Source: Chiloscyllium plagiosum
Lineage: Eukaryota
Reading direction: 5' to 3'
DNA length: 21,121 bases
Assembly: GCF_004010195.1 (NCBI RefSeq)
Contig: NC_057719.1
Span: 8,031,280 to 8,052,400 of the forward strand
Shown here piece by piece: positions 19,887-21,121 of the stretch. The notes below the pieces were generated by a model. The model had not been told where the DNA came from. It searched no databases and was given only the letters and a program-made list of their open reading frames with translations. The position numbers and the translations under genes are program-made. Numbering within the stretch: the first letter of the stretch is position 1; each line of letters begins with the position of its first letter.

Positions 19887-21121
19887 CATAGAACATAGAA
19901 CAATACAGCACAGAACAGGCCCTTCGGCCCACGATGTTGTGCCGAACTTCTAACCTAGATTAAGTACCCATCCATGTACCTATCCAAATGCCGCTTAAAG
20001 GTCGCCAATGATTCCGACTCCACCACTCCCACGGGCAGCGCATTCCATGCCCCCAACACTCTCTGGGTAAAGAACCCACCCCTGACATCTCCCCTATACC
20101 TTCCACCCTCCACCTTAAATTTATGTCCCCTTGTAACACTCTGTTGTACCCAGGGAAAAAGTTTCTGACTGTCTACTCTACCTATTCCTCTGATCATCTT
20201 ATAAAGCTCTATCAAGTCACCCCTCATCCTTCGCCGTTCCAACGAGAAAAGGCCGAGAACTCTCAACCTATCCTCGTACCACTTCCTCTCCATTCCAGGC
20301 AACATCCTGGTAAATCTTCTCTGCACCCTCTCCAAAGCTTCCACATCTTTCCTAAAGTGAAGCGACCAGAACTGCACACAGTACTCCAACTGTGGCCTAA
20401 CCAAAGTCCTGTACAGCTGCAACATCACTTCACGACTCTTGAATTCAATCCCTCTGCTAATGAACGATAATACTCCATAGGCCTTCTTACAAACTCTATC
20501 CACCTGAGTGGCAACCTTCAAAGATCTATGTACATAGACCCCAAGATCCCTCTGTTCCTCCACCTGACTAAGAACCCTACCATTAACCCTGTATTCCGCA
20601 TACTTATTTGTTCTTCCAAAATGGACAACCTCACACTTGGCAGGGTTGAAATCCATCTGCCACTCCTCAGCCCAGCTCTGCATCATATCTAAGTCCCTCT
20701 GCAGCCGACAACAGCCCTCCTCACTGTCCACAACTCCACCTATCTTCGTATCATCTGCAAATTTACTGACCCACCCTTCGACTCCCTCATCTAAGTCATG
20801 AACAAAAATTACAAACAGCAGAGGACCCAGAACTGATCCCTGCGGAACTCCACTTGTAACTGGGCTCCAGGCTGAATATTTACCATCTACCACCACTCTC
20901 TGCCTTCGACCGGTTAGCCAGTTTTCTATCCAATTGGCCAAATTTCCCTCTATCCAATGCCTCCTGACTTTCCGCATAAGCCTACCATGGGGAACCTTAT
21001 CAAATGCCTTACTAAAATCCATGTACACTACATCCACTGCTCTACCCTCATCCACATGCTTGGTCACCTCCTCGAAGAATTCAATAAGACTTGTAAGGCA
21101 AGACCTACCCTCCACAAATCC
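19887..21121 (-). mobile_element. Young CR1 LINE, runs off the window; 3' UTR and (ttctatg)n tail at 19887-19954
   Basis: Uninterrupted RT frame, tail gggccgaagggcctgttctgtgctgtattgttctatgttctatg. Confidence 0.97.
19955..21121 (-). CDS. CR1 ORF2 reverse transcriptase, C-terminal part (5' partial)
   Basis: DFSKAFDKVPH, SGVPQGSVLGPLLF, FADD, LYRTLVRPQLEYCVQFWS motifs over 386 open codons. Confidence 0.93.
   Translation of the reverse strand, partial: GFVEGRSCLTSLIEFFEEVTKHVDEGRAVDVVYMDFSKAFDKVPHGRLMRKVRRHWIEGNLANWIENWLTGRRQRVVVDGKYSAWSPVTSGVPQGSVLGPLLFVIFVHDLDEGVEGWVSKFADDTKIGGVVDSEEGCCRLQRDLDMMQSWAEEWQMDFNPAKCEVVHFGRTNKYAEYRVNGRVLSQVEEQRDLGVYVHRSLKVATQVDRVCKKAYGVLSFISRGIEFKSREVMLQLYRTLVRPQLEYCVQFWSLHFRKDVEALERVQRRFTRMLPGMERKWYEDRLRVLGLFSLERRRMRGDLIELYKMIRGIGRVDSQKLFPWVQQSVTRGHKFKVEGGRYRGDVRGGFFTQRVLGAWNALPVGVVESESLATFKRHLDRYMDGYLI

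Overview
Eukaryotic, repeat-rich, mostly non-coding DNA. The repeat set (HE1/V-SINE, DeuSINE-like, several CR1 LINEs, Penelope-like elements) points to a cartilaginous fish, most likely a carpet shark; this is inference from recalled repeat families, not a database result. Best reading: a region between two convergent gene ends, with two phase-compatible + strand exons ending in a stop at 1887 and a weaker - strand terminal exon at 16110-16300; neither product is recognised. It holds a 20-unit, 45-bp minisatellite (about 5891-6811) whose 21st unit is split by a decayed LINE, five Penelope-derived inserts (four with minimal hammerhead ribozyme motifs, intact or decayed), CR1 and CR1/L2-type LINE fragments of several ages including a young CR1 with an open 386-codon RT frame at the right edge, and several SINEs. 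Most short ORFs in the track are repeat by-products. Top leads: removing the LINE at 6812-7682 restores an ATG-initiated 332-codon repeat-protein ORF; the hammerhead-bearing fold-back Penelope mini-elements; and a shared TAATGGGA core in their target-site duplications.
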